DNA from: an uncultured delta proteobacterium
GTDB taxonomy: Bacteria; Myxococcota; Myxococcia; Myxococcales; Myxococcaceae
Assembly: GCA_963796055.1 (NCBI GenBank)
Contig: CAWCKH010000004.1
Location: 3,392,001-3,456,000, forward strand
Length of the DNA stretch: 64,000 nucleotides
Reading direction: 5' to 3'
Shown here: positions 45,909-55,924 of the stretch, piece after piece
Layout of the letters: every line of letters starts with the position of its first letter
Position numbering within the stretch: the first letter of the stretch is position 1
Made by a program: the position numbers and the translations under genes
The notes under the pieces: model-generated
What the model was told of the DNA's origin: nothing
Databases searched by the model: none
Seen by the model: only the letters and a program-made list of their open reading frames with translations

Positions 45909-48209
45909 TCAGATCGGGAGCCGGACCTCGAAGGTCGCGCCGCTCCCGCGCTCGCTCGCCGCGGACACACTACCGCCCAGCAGCTCCACCACGCTGCGGC
46001 TGATGTAGAGGCCGAGCCCCAGACCGCCGTAGTGGCGCTCGGACACCGCGCGCTCGTAGCGCCCGAAGATGGCGTCGAGCTTGGCCGGCTCGATCCCGAT
46101 GCCCTGGTCCGACACGGTCAGCACCGCCCAGCCCGGCTCCGACCACAGCCGCACCTGGATCGGCTTGGCGTTTCCGTACTTGATGGCGTTGTCCACCAGG
46201 TTGGTCACCACCTGGTCGATGCGGAGCCGGTCGGAGTGCGTCGGGAGACTCTCCGGAGCCTCGAGCGTCAGCCGCGAGCCGGCGCGCTGTGCCTGTGGCT
46301 CGAAGCGGGTGACCACCTCGCGAACCACCGCCGCCAGGTCCACCGGCTCCCGCTCGACGGTGAAGCGCCCGGCCGCGATGCGGGAGACGTCCAGCAGGTC
46401 CGAGACCAGGCTCGACAGACGGGTGACCTGGCGGCGGGTGGCGTCGGTGTACTCCAGCACTCGCCGGGCGAAGGGCGCCTCGGACTGGGTGCGCGCCTCG
46501 CGGGCGAGCATCTCCAGCTTCAGCGCCAGCGGGGTGAGCGGCGTCCGGAGCTCGTGGCTCGCCACCGAGAGGAAGGTGTCGCGGGCGGCGAGCGCATCCC
46601 GGAGTGCGGCGGCCTGGCGCCGGTGCTCGTCCACGTTGGTGTTCACCCCGAACCACCGGACGATCCGGCCCTCCGAGTCCCGGAGTGGCTGCACCCGGGT
46701 GAGGAACCAGCGGAAGACGCCGTCCGCCCCGCGGAGCGGGAACTCCATCTCGAAGGGTTCGCCGGTGGCGAGGCTGTGCTTCCAGCGCTCCACCACCCGG
46801 GGCAGCACCTCGGGGTCGTGCACCGCCTGCCAGCCCCAGCCCTCCACCATCTCCGGGGTCGTGCCGGTGTACTCGAACCAGCGCCGGTTGTAGTAGTCGA
46901 TGAATCCGTCGGGGCGCGCGCTCCAGGCGAGCTCGGGAATGTTCTCCACCACCGCCCGGAACTGGCGCTCGCTCTCCCGGAGCGCCACCTCCGCCCGCCG
47001 GCGGTCCTCGATGTCGATGACGCTGCCGATGTAGCCCACGAACTCGCCGGCCCCGTCGAAGCGAGGCACCGCCGAGTCGATGAACCACCGGTACTCGCCG
47101 TCCCAGCCGCGCACCCGGTACTCGGAGCGGAAAGGGACCTGCATCTCGTTGGCGGCGACGAAGTTGTTCCGGACCCGCTCCGCGTCGTCCGGATGGAGCA
47201 CGTCGAGCCACCCCAGGCCGAGCCCGGCATCCCGGGCCTGCCCGGTGTACTCGAACCACTGGCGGTTGAGGTACACGCAGGCCCCGGCGGGGTCCGTCAC
47301 CCAGAGCATCACCGGCGCGTGATCGGCCATGTTCCGGAACCGGGCCTCGCTCTCCTCGACCTTCTTCCGGGCCACCACCTGCTCGGTCACGTCCCGCCAG
47401 GCCATGGCCACACCCTCGTCGACGCGGGAGATCTGCAGGGCGAGCCAGACGCCGGCGGAGTACAGCCCCTGCTCGGACTGGTACGGGTACTCGTCCTCGA
47501 CGATGGCCTCTCCGCTCTCCCAGACCTGCCGGTACATGCCCAGGAAGCCGCTCTGCTCGGCGTTGGGGAAGACCTCGGTGATGAGCCTCCCCTCGTAGCG
47601 CTCGCGGGGCAGCCCCGCGTACCGCTGGGCGACTGCGTTCACGTACTCCACCCGGAAGTCCAGCGCCTTCCCGTCGGGGCCCAGCACCGGGGTGAGGAAA
47701 CCGAAGGCGTCGAGCATCCCCTCGACGGCGTGGCGGAAGCGACGCTCGCTCCTCCGCACCGTCTCCTCGAGCGCCCGCTCGCCGGTGATGTCCTGGGAGA
47801 GGGCGACGAAGCCGCGCACCCGGCCGTCGGGGCCGAAGTCGGGGGTGTAGGTGGCGCGCACCTGGATCGAGGGGGCACCCTCGCGCGGGACCTCCATCTC
47901 GAAGGTCACCGTGCGGCCCTCGAGCGCCGCCCGGAGGTGTGGACGGATCTGCGCGTATCCCTCCTCGCCCATCACCTCGCGGACGGTCTTGCCCTGGATC
48001 TGCATCCGGGGCCGGAGGTGGGTCTGGTGGTAGCGGTTGCTGAAGACGAAGCGCTCCTCGGTGTCCACGTAGACGAGCGCCGCGGGGACCGTGTCCAGGA
48101 TGAGCGCCAGGCGCTCCACCTCGCTGGCCGGACCGGTCACGGCGGGCACCGCCTTGGAACGCGCTGGAGGTGCATCGAGGCCCGGGCGCCCCTCGGAGAA
48201 CGGCGACAT
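45909..48209 (-). CDS. multi-PAS (four) sensor histidine kinase
   Basis: Repeated PAS/PAC, FLSVASHELRTPL, NLVDNAIKY, DQGIG, GLGLGL. Confidence 0.93.
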   Translation of the reverse strand: MSPFSEGRPGLDAPPARSKAVPAVTGPASEVERLALILDTVPAALVYVDTEERFVFSNRYHQTHLRPRMQIQGKTVREVMGEEGYAQIRPHLRAALEGRTVTFEMEVPREGAPSIQVRATYTPDFGPDGRVRGFVALSQDITGERALEETVRRSERRFRHAVEGMLDAFGFLTPVLGPDGKALDFRVEYVNAVAQRYAGLPRERYEGRLITEVFPNAEQSGFLGMYRQVWESGEAIVEDEYPYQSEQGLYSAGVWLALQISRVDEGVAMAWRDVTEQVVARKKVEESEARFRNMADHAPVMLWVTDPAGACVYLNRQWFEYTGQARDAGLGLGWLDVLHPDDAERVRNNFVAANEMQVPFRSEYRVRGWDGEYRWFIDSAVPRFDGAGEFVGYIGSVIDIEDRRRAEVALRESERQFRAVVENIPELAWSARPDGFIDYYNRRWFEYTGTTPEMVEGWGWQAVHDPEVLPRVVERWKHSLATGEPFEMEFPLRGADGVFRWFLTRVQPLRDSEGRIVRWFGVNTNVDEHRRQAAALRDALAARDTFLSVASHELRTPLTPLALKLEMLAREARTQSEAPFARRVLEYTDATRRQVTRLSSLVSDLLDVSRIAAGRFTVEREPVDLAAVVREVVTRFEPQAQRAGSRLTLEAPESLPTHSDRLRIDQVVTNLVDNAIKYGNAKPIQVRLWSEPGWAVLTVSDQGIGIEPAKLDAIFGRYERAVSERHYGGLGLGLYISRSVVELLGGSVSAASERGSGATFEVRLPI

Positions 48210-48306
48210 CGCGGGCAGTGTGTCAGCCCGACCCCGGACGGGAGGACGGGCGCGGAGTGATGCGGGCTGACGTTGCTCGCAACCGGACACTCAACGCGCC
48301 CTCCGA

Positions 48307-49740
48307 TCAGGAGTCGACGAGGTCGGGAAGTGTGTCCAGCTCCTCCAGCGACCGTCGCTCGGCTGAAACGCCCAGCACCGCCGCCACCGCCGCGGCGGCG
48401 AGCATCAGGGCTGCGCCCAGCGCATCTCCGGCCGCGACCCGCACCCGGCTCCCGGAGGCGATGAGCGCCCCGAAGAGCGCAGGGGCCAGCAGTCCTCCTG
48501 CCGCCGTGCCCACCGCGTAGAAGAGGGCGATGGCCAGCCCCCGCATCGCCACCGGGAAGAGCTCCGAGACCGAGAGGTAGGCGGCGCTCGCCGCCGGTGA
48601 GGCGAAGAAGAACACCGCGCACCAGAGGACGGTCTGGGTCTCCGCGGTGAGCCAGCCCCTGGCGAACGCCCACCCGGTGGCGAGCAGCAGCAGGCCCGAC
48701 GCTGCGTAGGTGAAGCCGATCATCCGCCGGCGTCCGATGGTGTCGAAGAGGTGGCCGAGCAGCAGTGGCCCGGCGAGGTTCCCCAGCGCGAACGGCAGCA
48801 GATAGAGCCCGATGCGTTCCGCCGGAACTCCGTAGAACTTTCCCAGCACCAGCCCGTAGGTGAAGAAGACCGCGTTGTAGGCGAACGCCTGCGCCACCAT
48901 CAGTGTCAGGCCCAGCAGCGCGCGGCGGCGGTGCCGGCGGAACAGGATGCGGGCGATGGTGCGGTAGTCCAGGCCCGCCCCGGGCTGGAGCTGCAGGGTG
49001 CGCTCCGGGGCGGCGAGCGGTCCGTGGCGGCCGGTGACCTCCTCCTCGACCGCCCGGACGAGGCGCTCGGCCTCCTGGCGGTGACCATGGAGCAAGAGCC
49101 ACCGCGGACTCTCGGGCACGTGGCGGCGGACGAGGAGGATGGACACCCCCAGCAGTGCGCCGAGTCCGAAGCACACCCGCCACCCGAGCCAGGGCGGAAG
49201 CACGTGCGGGTCGAGCAGCACCAGGGTGGAAAGCGCGCCCAGGGCCGTGCCCAGCCAGTAGGTGCCGTTGATTGCGAGATCTGCCCGCCCCCGGACACGC
49301 GCCGGCAACAGCTCGTCGATGGCCGAGTTGATGGCGGCGTACTCCCCACCGATGCCTGCACCGGTCAGGGCGCGGAAGAGGGCGAAGGTGACGAATCCCG
49401 TGGAGAGCGCGCTGAGCAGGGTGGCGACGAGGTAGACCGAGAGCGTCACCAGGAAGAGCCGCTTCCGGCCCACCAGGTCGGTGAGCCGGCCGAAGACCAG
49501 CGCCCCGAGGATGGCGCCTCCCAGGTACGCCGTCGCCGATTGACCGATCTGCTGCTCGGTGAGGGCGAGCGTGTCTGGCCGGACCAGCGCACCGGCCACC
49601 GCCCCCACCAGGGTGACCTCGAGGCCGTCGAGCACCCAGGTGACCCCGAGCGCGATGACCACCCGCCAGTGCCAGGCCGACCAGGGCAATCGGTCGAGCC
49701 GTGCGGGGATGTCTGTCTCGGTCAGCCTCGGGGCGTCCAT
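48307..49740 (-). CDS. MFS transporter
   Basis: GRLTDLVGRKRLF motif A, GAGIGGEY, PESPRWL; multiple TM helices. Confidence 0.93.
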   Translation of the reverse strand: MDAPRLTETDIPARLDRLPWSAWHWRVVIALGVTWVLDGLEVTLVGAVAGALVRPDTLALTEQQIGQSATAYLGGAILGALVFGRLTDLVGRKRLFLVTLSVYLVATLLSALSTGFVTFALFRALTGAGIGGEYAAINSAIDELLPARVRGRADLAINGTYWLGTALGALSTLVLLDPHVLPPWLGWRVCFGLGALLGVSILLVRRHVPESPRWLLLHGHRQEAERLVRAVEEEVTGRHGPLAAPERTLQLQPGAGLDYRTIARILFRRHRRRALLGLTLMVAQAFAYNAVFFTYGLVLGKFYGVPAERIGLYLLPFALGNLAGPLLLGHLFDTIGRRRMIGFTYAASGLLLLATGWAFARGWLTAETQTVLWCAVFFFASPAASAAYLSVSELFPVAMRGLAIALFYAVGTAAGGLLAPALFGALIASGSRVRVAAGDALGAALMLAAAAVAAVLGVSAERRSLEELDTLPDLVDS

Positions 49741-49800
49741 GCCAAGCTCCAGTCTGGGTCGAACGCCCCCACTGGGACATGGAGGGGCCGGGTCCAGTGT

Positions 49801-50223
49801 TCAGGAACGGCGACGGGTGAACGCCAGCGCGGTCACCCCCAGCGCGAGGAAGGCCAGCGGAGCGCCGCCCGCCGTGCTGCAGCTCCCCTCGACGTTCCCT
49901 GTCGCGCCGCTCCCGGAAGCAGGATCCCCACCACCGTCGGGGCCGCCGCCACCGGCGTCGGGGGCCGGCGAGGGTCCCCCGTCGACTCCGGCATCCGAGG
50001 AAACGCTCGGGGCCGGGACCACGAGCATGCCGATGCTCCGGGCGGGGAGCGTGACCCAGCGGGTGAGCGCCAGCTTGGCCGCCACCACCTCGGAGTCCGA
50101 CGCGAAGTTGATCCCGTAGATCAGCGGAGAGATGGGATGGACGTCCGCGGCCGTGTCGACCGACACGGTCGCTTGCCCCAGGGCCAGGGCAGGGCATAGC
50201 GCGAGCAGGGCGATCGACCGCAC
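49801..50223 (-). pseudogene. GH44-like glycoside hydrolase with in-frame internal deletion, retaining signal peptide and MYXO-CTERM
   Basis: VSVD....HPISPLIYGIN...TRW joined directly to VTLPARSIGMLVVP; C-terminal GSCSTAGG-TM-RRRS. Confidence 0.7.
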
Positions 50224-50400
50224 GCTCGAGATCCAACGGTCGGGCCGTGCGGCCGGGCAATGGGCGGCGGCAGAGGCCGGAGTACGCCCCTGTGGTCGCC
50301 GCGCGGCTGTTGCGCAGCGGATGCATCGCTGTCCCTCGGGGGTGAACCCCGGGCGTCCGTGCGCAGCTTGGACGCCTCGAACACCCCGGGAGGTCCGAAC

Positions 50401-50925
50401 ATGCGAAGCATCTCCTGGCTGGCTGCGGGCGCGGTCGCGCTCGCGGTCGGCTGTGCGTCCAGCAACACCGCCGGCCCATCTGGCACGGCGGACACCTCGA
50501 AGCCCGCGGCCGCCTCACACCCCGCGGTCGCCCGTGGACCTCAGCAGACGGTGAGTGGCGGGATCCAGAACTACACCACTGGGCCCAGCGGGCAGCAGAA
50601 CGGATTCGTTCTCGCCTCGGGACAGCGGGTGCACGTGCCCGAGGAGATGGGAGCCAAGGTCGCCGACCAGTTCCCGCCCAACACGGTGGTCAAGGTCACC
50701 GGGTACATGATCACCGACAGCGACGGTCGTCCGTTGCTCGAGGCGTACACCATCACTGCGCCCGACCGGAACAACGCGACGCTCGACCTCACCTCCGCCC
50801 AGGCCGCGCCTCCGTCGCCGCCGTCGTCGGTCGGTGGCTCTGGCCCCGCTGGCACCCAGCCGGTGAATCCGCCCGCAGAGGTCCAGCCGGGCACCCCGGG
50901 CAATCCGCCGCCTGGGGGACGGTAG
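50401..50925 (+). CDS. hypothetical lipoprotein (OB-fold-like core)
   Basis: GGAGGT RBS, LAVGC lipobox. Confidence 0.8.
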   Translation: MRSISWLAAGAVALAVGCASSNTAGPSGTADTSKPAAASHPAVARGPQQTVSGGIQNYTTGPSGQQNGFVLASGQRVHVPEEMGAKVADQFPPNTVVKVTGYMITDSDGRPLLEAYTITAPDRNNATLDLTSAQAAPPSPPSSVGGSGPAGTQPVNPPAEVQPGTPGNPPPGGR

Positions 50926-51067
50926 CGCCGCCCCGGGCGTCCACACCCAGGAGCAGGGCGTGGTGCTTTCTCGACCCCCGCGCAGACCTGCGCGCCCCCA
51001 CGACCGCGGAGGACATGACCCTCCGTTGCACGCACAGGCCGGCGGACCCGTACGCTGGGCATCGATC

Positions 51068-51343
51068 ATGAGGTCGCGTCCGGCTCGCCTCTTCCCTCTT
51101 CTTGCCCTGCTCGCCGCGGTGCCGGTGTCCGGCTGCTCCGAGGCCTCCGGGCAGACCCAGGGCGCCGAGCCGTGTCCGAAGACGAAGTACGACGCGATGT
51201 ACTTCGCCGTGGACCCCTCCGGGACGGTGGTGAAGTTCCCGCAGGAGGAGCTCGAGGGCTACCAGCGCCGCGGCTTCAGGCCCGCGACCCAGGAGCAGGC
51301 CCGGGCCGTGGTCCGCCGGGAGTGCCCGGCCGGCTTCCGCTGA
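51068..51343 (+). CDS. small hypothetical lipoprotein
   Basis: VSGC lipobox-like motif after hydrophobic stretch; host-like codon usage. Confidence 0.65.
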   Translation: MRSRPARLFPLLALLAAVPVSGCSEASGQTQGAEPCPKTKYDAMYFAVDPSGTVVKFPQEELEGYQRRGFRPATQEQARAVVRRECPAGFR

Positions 51344-51514
51344 GCGGGCAGCGCCGGAAACCCCAGCGGCTGAGCCTTGGCACCTCCCCACGTGTCCACC
51401 ATCGTGCGGCGCAGGTCTCCGTCGTCCGGACCGGGGCCATTCGTCACACGAATGAGCTGCAACGAAACCCGCCCAGTGCGTCACATCGGGACAAACCTCG
51501 AAAGGAACGCCTCG

Positions 51515-51826
51515 ATGGCAGCGCAGTCCAAGGTGACCGTGGGACTCTTCGTTCGGCTGGTGGCGAAGGAGGGCAAGGAGCGGGCGGTGGAGGAGTTCCT
51601 CCGCTCGGGCATGGCGCTGGTCCAGGCCGAGCCGGGCACCTTGCAGTGGTACGCGGTGCGCTTCGACCAGCGCACGTTCGCCATCTTCGACACCTTCGGT
51701 TCGGAGGAAGGCCGGCAGGCCCACCTTTCCGGGCGCGTGGCCGCGGCGCTGATGGCGAACGCGGCGGAGCTGCTGGCCGAGCCGCCCCGGATCGAGCGGC
51801 ACGACGTCCTGGCCGCAAAGACCTGA
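51515..51826 (+). CDS. antibiotic biosynthesis monooxygenase (ABM) family protein
   Basis: AKEGKE, EPGT..W, FAIFDTF..EEGRQAHL.G; AAGGA RBS. Confidence 0.88.
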   Translation: MAAQSKVTVGLFVRLVAKEGKERAVEEFLRSGMALVQAEPGTLQWYAVRFDQRTFAIFDTFGSEEGRQAHLSGRVAAALMANAAELLAEPPRIERHDVLAAKT

Positions 51827-51938
51827 CACGGCTGGGTTTCCGGCAACCGCGTCGTGAGGAGCCGGCGTCGTCTTGACGGTCGCTCCCCGGTGCGCCCAGA
51901 TCGCGCGCCGGGGAGAGCACCTCGTGGAGGGTCGTCCG

Positions 51939-52823
51939 GTGCGTGCTTCCATCTGCATCCTCGTCACCTCGCTCGGCCTCACCGGCTGTTTTGGGTATTC
52001 CGGGGGGTACGCCCGCGAGCCGCTCGTTGCCGAGACTGCGGTCTCTTCGTCGCCGCACGCCTCCATCATGGCCACCCGCCTGGCCGGTCCCGCGCGGTGG
52101 TCGTCGGACGACCTGGAGGATCTCGGTGGCCCGGTCATTCCCGAGGCGACGGTTTACGCCCTCTGGTGGGGTGAACCCTCGCGGTTCCCCGCCGACGCCA
52201 TGTCCGGGATCGACACCTTCCTCACCGGACTCGATGGATCGCGGTACCTGGCGACCGCCGACCAGTACGTACGGCGGCCGGCGCGGGCGACCTTCGTGGG
52301 ACACCTCGTGGAGACCTCGCCGGCGCCCACCCATTCGCCGTCCACCGAGGAGCTCGTCTCCAAGGTGTGCCAGGTGCTGGCTGACGCGCAGCAAACCCCG
52401 AGCCCCACCGCGCTGTACCTGGTCTTCACCGACAACTTCCCCGAGCCATCGAACTTCTGCGGCTTTCACGATGGCGGCCGCTGTCCGGGCGGGCAGCGGA
52501 TCCACATCGCGTACCTGCCGAACCTGGCCGGGGCGCCGCAGTGCGATCCGGGGGACCTCTTCCGCTGCAACGCCCTCAGCGAACCCACCCGTGCCCTGGC
52601 CAACGTGACCGCGCACGAGGTCATCGAGATGCTCACCGACCCGGACGGGAACGCCTGGCTGGACCGCTCCGGCGACGAGATCGCCGACAAGTGCAACTTC
52701 CTCTTCGGGAGCTGCGTCGCCCTCGGCAGCACCCGCTGGCAGCTGCAGAAGCAGTGGTCCAACGCGGACCACGGCTGCATCCAGGAGAAGTACGCGGCGC
52801 CGAGGGTGGCGATCGCCCGATAG
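51939..52823 (+). CDS. lipoprotein with Phi-1/EXORDIUM-like domain
   Basis: LTGC lipobox; FCGFH, AHEVIEMLTDP..NAW....EIADKC, LQKQWSN motifs. Confidence 0.75.
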   Translation: MRASICILVTSLGLTGCFGYSGGYAREPLVAETAVSSSPHASIMATRLAGPARWSSDDLEDLGGPVIPEATVYALWWGEPSRFPADAMSGIDTFLTGLDGSRYLATADQYVRRPARATFVGHLVETSPAPTHSPSTEELVSKVCQVLADAQQTPSPTALYLVFTDNFPEPSNFCGFHDGGRCPGGQRIHIAYLPNLAGAPQCDPGDLFRCNALSEPTRALANVTAHEVIEMLTDPDGNAWLDRSGDEIADKCNFLFGSCVALGSTRWQLQKQWSNADHGCIQEKYAAPRVAIAR

Positions 52824-52901
52824 AGGCCCCACGGCGGTGTTGCACCTTGGTCCCATGCGCTTCGGGCCACCGCGCAGGGGGGTTCCTGGCAGAGTGCGCG
52901 C

Positions 52902-54227
52902 ATGACAGCCCGGCGGTTTCTCCTGGTCGCCGCGATGTTCTGCGCTTGCGCCGGCTCCTCCAAGGAGCAGGACTCGAAGCCGGCCCAGCCACCTCCACCA
53001 CCACCCCAGCAGCCGGCAGCCCAGGCCGCGCCGCCGACCGTGGGCACCCCTGGCCAGGCCGCGCCACCCGCATCGACCCAGAGCGGCTTGGCCCCGGAGG
53101 CACTCGAGGCTCTGGTCTCACCCATCGCGCTGTTCCCGGATCCGCTGCTTGGCCAGGTGCTCGAGGCATCGCTCCGGCCACAGGAGGTCGCCGAGGCCTC
53201 GGCCTTCCTCAAGGCGCACCCCAGCCTCGCGGGAAAGGAGCTGGAGGCATCGCTGAAGGACAGACCCTGGGACCAGAGCGTGAAGGCGCTGGCCGCGCTT
53301 CCCGACGTCCTGAAGATGCTGAGCGAGCACCAGGACTGGGCCCGAGATCTGGGAACCGCCTACCGCACGCAGCGCGAGTCGGTGCTCTTCGCGGTGCAGC
53401 AGATGCGGTCGCGGGCGATGGAGGCCGGGAACCTCAAGTCCTCGTCGCAGCAGACGGTGAAGGTGGAGAAGGGCGGGACGGCGAGCGACGGCACCCAGAC
53501 GACCATCATCTACATCGAGCCGGCCCAGCCCGAGGTGGTCTACGTGCCGGTCTACAGCCCGACGGTGGTCTACGGCACCTGGGCCTACCCGGCGTATCCG
53601 CCGCCGCCGGTGTATCCGCCGGGCTACGTCGTCGGTGGCGCGGCAATCAGCTTCACCATCGGGTTCGCCATCGGCTCGAGCTACTGGCGCTATCCGCCGT
53701 ATCCACCGTACCCGCCGCGGCCTCCGTATCCGCCACGTCCGCCGCCTCCCGGAGGCTGGGGACGGCCGCCAGGGGGGGCAGGTGGGCCGGGAGGCCCGGG
53801 CGGGCCGGGCGGTCCAGGGGGTCCGGGAGGGCCGGGTGGCCCCGGTGGCATCGGGGGGCCCGGTGGTCCTGGAAGCCCTGGTGGCCCCGGTGGCCCTGGC
53901 AGTCCCGGAGGTCGGCCCCCGGGCCCGAGTACGCTTCCCTCCGGTCCGGGCGCCTCCGGAGGCAGGCCTGCAGGCCCGAGCACGCTTCCCTCCGGTCCGG
54001 GAGCTGGAGCCGGTGCACCCCGTCCGTCGACGGGCATGCCCTCGACACCGCCCGGGTACGGCGGGGGCGGTGACCGGGGCTGGGGTGCGCCCTCGGCCAA
54101 GCCGGCCCCGTCAGGTCCGGCGTGGGGCGGGGGGATGAACAGCGGCGCACAGACCCGCGCGGCGAGCAGCCGCGGCCAGTCGAGCGTCGGAGGTGGCGGT
54201 GGACGCGGTGGCGGACGGAGGCGCTGA
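52902..54227 (+). CDS. DUF3300 domain lipoprotein with Gly/Pro-rich tail
   Basis: LVSPIALFPDPLL.QVL.AS, WDQSVKAL...PDVL, IEPAQPEVVYVP.Y.P..VYG.W. Confidence 0.9.
   Translation: MTARRFLLVAAMFCACAGSSKEQDSKPAQPPPPPPQQPAAQAAPPTVGTPGQAAPPASTQSGLAPEALEALVSPIALFPDPLLGQVLEASLRPQEVAEASAFLKAHPSLAGKELEASLKDRPWDQSVKALAALPDVLKMLSEHQDWARDLGTAYRTQRESVLFAVQQMRSRAMEAGNLKSSSQQTVKVEKGGTASDGTQTTIIYIEPAQPEVVYVPVYSPTVVYGTWAYPAYPPPPVYPPGYVVGGAAISFTIGFAIGSSYWRYPPYPPYPPRPPYPPRPPPPGGWGRPPGGAGGPGGPGGPGGPGGPGGPGGPGGIGGPGGPGSPGGPGGPGSPGGRPPGPSTLPSGPGASGGRPAGPSTLPSGPGAGAGAPRPSTGMPSTPPGYGGGGDRGWGAPSAKPAPSGPAWGGGMNSGAQTRAASSRGQSSVGGGGGRGGGRRR
53775..53912 (+). repeat. 9-bp-period coding repeat (Gly-Gly-Pro)n
   Basis: GGPGGPGGP... 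run in the DUF3300 tail with varied synonymous codons. Confidence 0.85.
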
Positions 54228-54233
54228 GCGATC

Positions 54234-55139
54234 ATGACCCTTCGACGCGCGATACTCTCCGTGCTCCTGGTCGTCCCGGGCCCGGTTCTCGCCGCCGGCG
54301 CAAAGGCGTACCCGGACCCGGCGACGGCGACCGAGGCGCTGATCGCCGCGGCCCGCTCGGGCCAGGTCGACGCCCTGGTGGGGGTGCTGGGCGACCGTTC
54401 GAGATCCTTCCTGGTCTCGGGCGATCCGGTGGCCGATCGGACCGCGCTCCAGAAGTTCGTGGCGTTGTTCGATCGCGACCACACGCTGGCGGCGCCGGAC
54501 GAGCGGACGCGGACCCTGGTGGTGGGCGAGGATGCATGGCCCTTTCCGATCCCGCTGGTGCACGGGTCGGCGGGCTGGACCTTCGATGTGAAGGCCGGCG
54601 AGGCGGAGCTCCTCGCGCGCCGGGTGGGACAGAACGAGCTGGACGCGATCCAGGTGTGCCTGGGCTACGTGAACGCGCAGCGGGACTACCTGTCGCGCAA
54701 TCCGCAGGGGGCCAGCGTCCCGCACTATGCGGACCACCTCATGAGCTCGCCCGGCAAGCGCGATGGGCTCTACTGGAAGAGCTCCGCCGGCGAGCCGGAG
54801 AGCCCGATGGGTCCGGCGGTGAGCGGCGCCCTGCGCGAGGGCTATGCGCCGAAGTACGGCCAGCGCGCGCCCTACCGGGGTTACCTGTACCGGATTCTCG
54901 GCGCGCAGGGCCCGAACGCCGAGGGCGGCGCGATGGACTATCGGGATGGGGGAAAGCTCACCCGGGGCTTCGCCCTGGTCGCGTACCCGGCGGCGTACGG
55001 CAAGTCGGGGGTGATGACCTTCCTGGTGAACCAGTCGGGGGTCGTCTTCGAGAAGGACCTCGGCCCGAAGACCGCCAAGACGGCCGAGGGACTGAAGCGC
55101 TTCGATCCCGACACGAGCTGGAAGCGCGTCGAGCCGTAG
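54234..55139 (+). CDS. DUF2950 domain protein
   Basis: WPFPIPLV, RRVGQNEL, SSPGKRDGLYW, YGKSGVMTFLVN; usual partner of DUF3300. Confidence 0.92.
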   Translation: MTLRRAILSVLLVVPGPVLAAGAKAYPDPATATEALIAAARSGQVDALVGVLGDRSRSFLVSGDPVADRTALQKFVALFDRDHTLAAPDERTRTLVVGEDAWPFPIPLVHGSAGWTFDVKAGEAELLARRVGQNELDAIQVCLGYVNAQRDYLSRNPQGASVPHYADHLMSSPGKRDGLYWKSSAGEPESPMGPAVSGALREGYAPKYGQRAPYRGYLYRILGAQGPNAEGGAMDYRDGGKLTRGFALVAYPAAYGKSGVMTFLVNQSGVVFEKDLGPKTAKTAEGLKRFDPDTSWKRVEP

Positions 55140-55150
55140 GCGTGAGAGTG

Positions 55151-55888
55151 TCAAACGCGGCCGGAGCGCAGCCAGCGCGCCCACTCGGGCCGGCCGTGCC
55201 GGGCGGCGCTGGCGGAAGCCGCGTCCCAGTCGTAGGCGATCTGGTGCTGCTCGGCCTGCCAGCCGCTGGGCGTCCGCTCGCAGACCACGAAGCGCGCGTG
55301 CGGGGACCCGTTCTCGACCTGGTGGGGGTGAGGCGCATCGCCGGTGAACGCCTGCAGACCGACGCTGCCGGCGTTGACCACCAGCTGTCCGGTGGACAGG
55401 CGCACCGTGCGCGGATGATGGGAGTGCCCGGAGAGGACGAGCGCGTGCCGGGCGCCGGCGAGCCGGTCGGCGATGACCTCGTCCGCGGCGAGCTTCACCG
55501 GTCCGCCGTCCAGCTCCTCGCAGAGGTAGACCAGGTCGGTCTCCGGGGTGCCGTGGCAGACGAGCACATCGGCGGCGAGCTCCAGCGTCGCGGGGAGGGT
55601 GGAAAGCCAGGCGCGCTGCGCAGCGGTGGTGTGCTCGAACGCGTACTGGTCGCTCGCGCCGCCTGGAGCCTCGGCGCAGGCGAGCAGCTGCCGCTCGTGG
55701 TTGCCGCGGATGATGGCCGCCTCGAGCGCCATGAGCACCTCGGCCGTCTCGGACGGCTCGAGCGGACCGGAGAGGAGATCCCCGGCGACCACCAGCCGAT
55801 CGATGTCGCCGAGGGCGCGGATCCGGGCGAGCACTGCCTCGAGTGCCCGGATGTTTCCATGGATGTCGGAGATGATGGCCAGCCGCAC
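55151..55888 (-). CDS. calcineurin-like metallophosphoesterase
   Basis: SDIHGN, GD, RGNHE, HG, GHSH, NAGSVG; GTG start at 55888. Confidence 0.92.
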   Translation of the reverse strand: MRLAIISDIHGNIRALEAVLARIRALGDIDRLVVAGDLLSGPLEPSETAEVLMALEAAIIRGNHERQLLACAEAPGGASDQYAFEHTTAAQRAWLSTLPATLELAADVLVCHGTPETDLVYLCEELDGGPVKLAADEVIADRLAGARHALVLSGHSHHPRTVRLSTGQLVVNAGSVGLQAFTGDAPHPHQVENGSPHARFVVCERTPSGWQAEQHQIAYDWDAASASAARHGRPEWARWLRSGRV

Positions 55889-55924
55889 GGTTGAGAAGCC
55901 TAGCGTGAAGCGAGGAGGGAGATC

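Noticed and set aside
45606..48260. 884-aa plus-strand ORF
   Set aside because: Antisense shadow of the PAS kinase.
53775..54005. Gly/Pro repeats as a novel element
   Set aside because: Low-complexity tails are usual in DUF3300 proteins.
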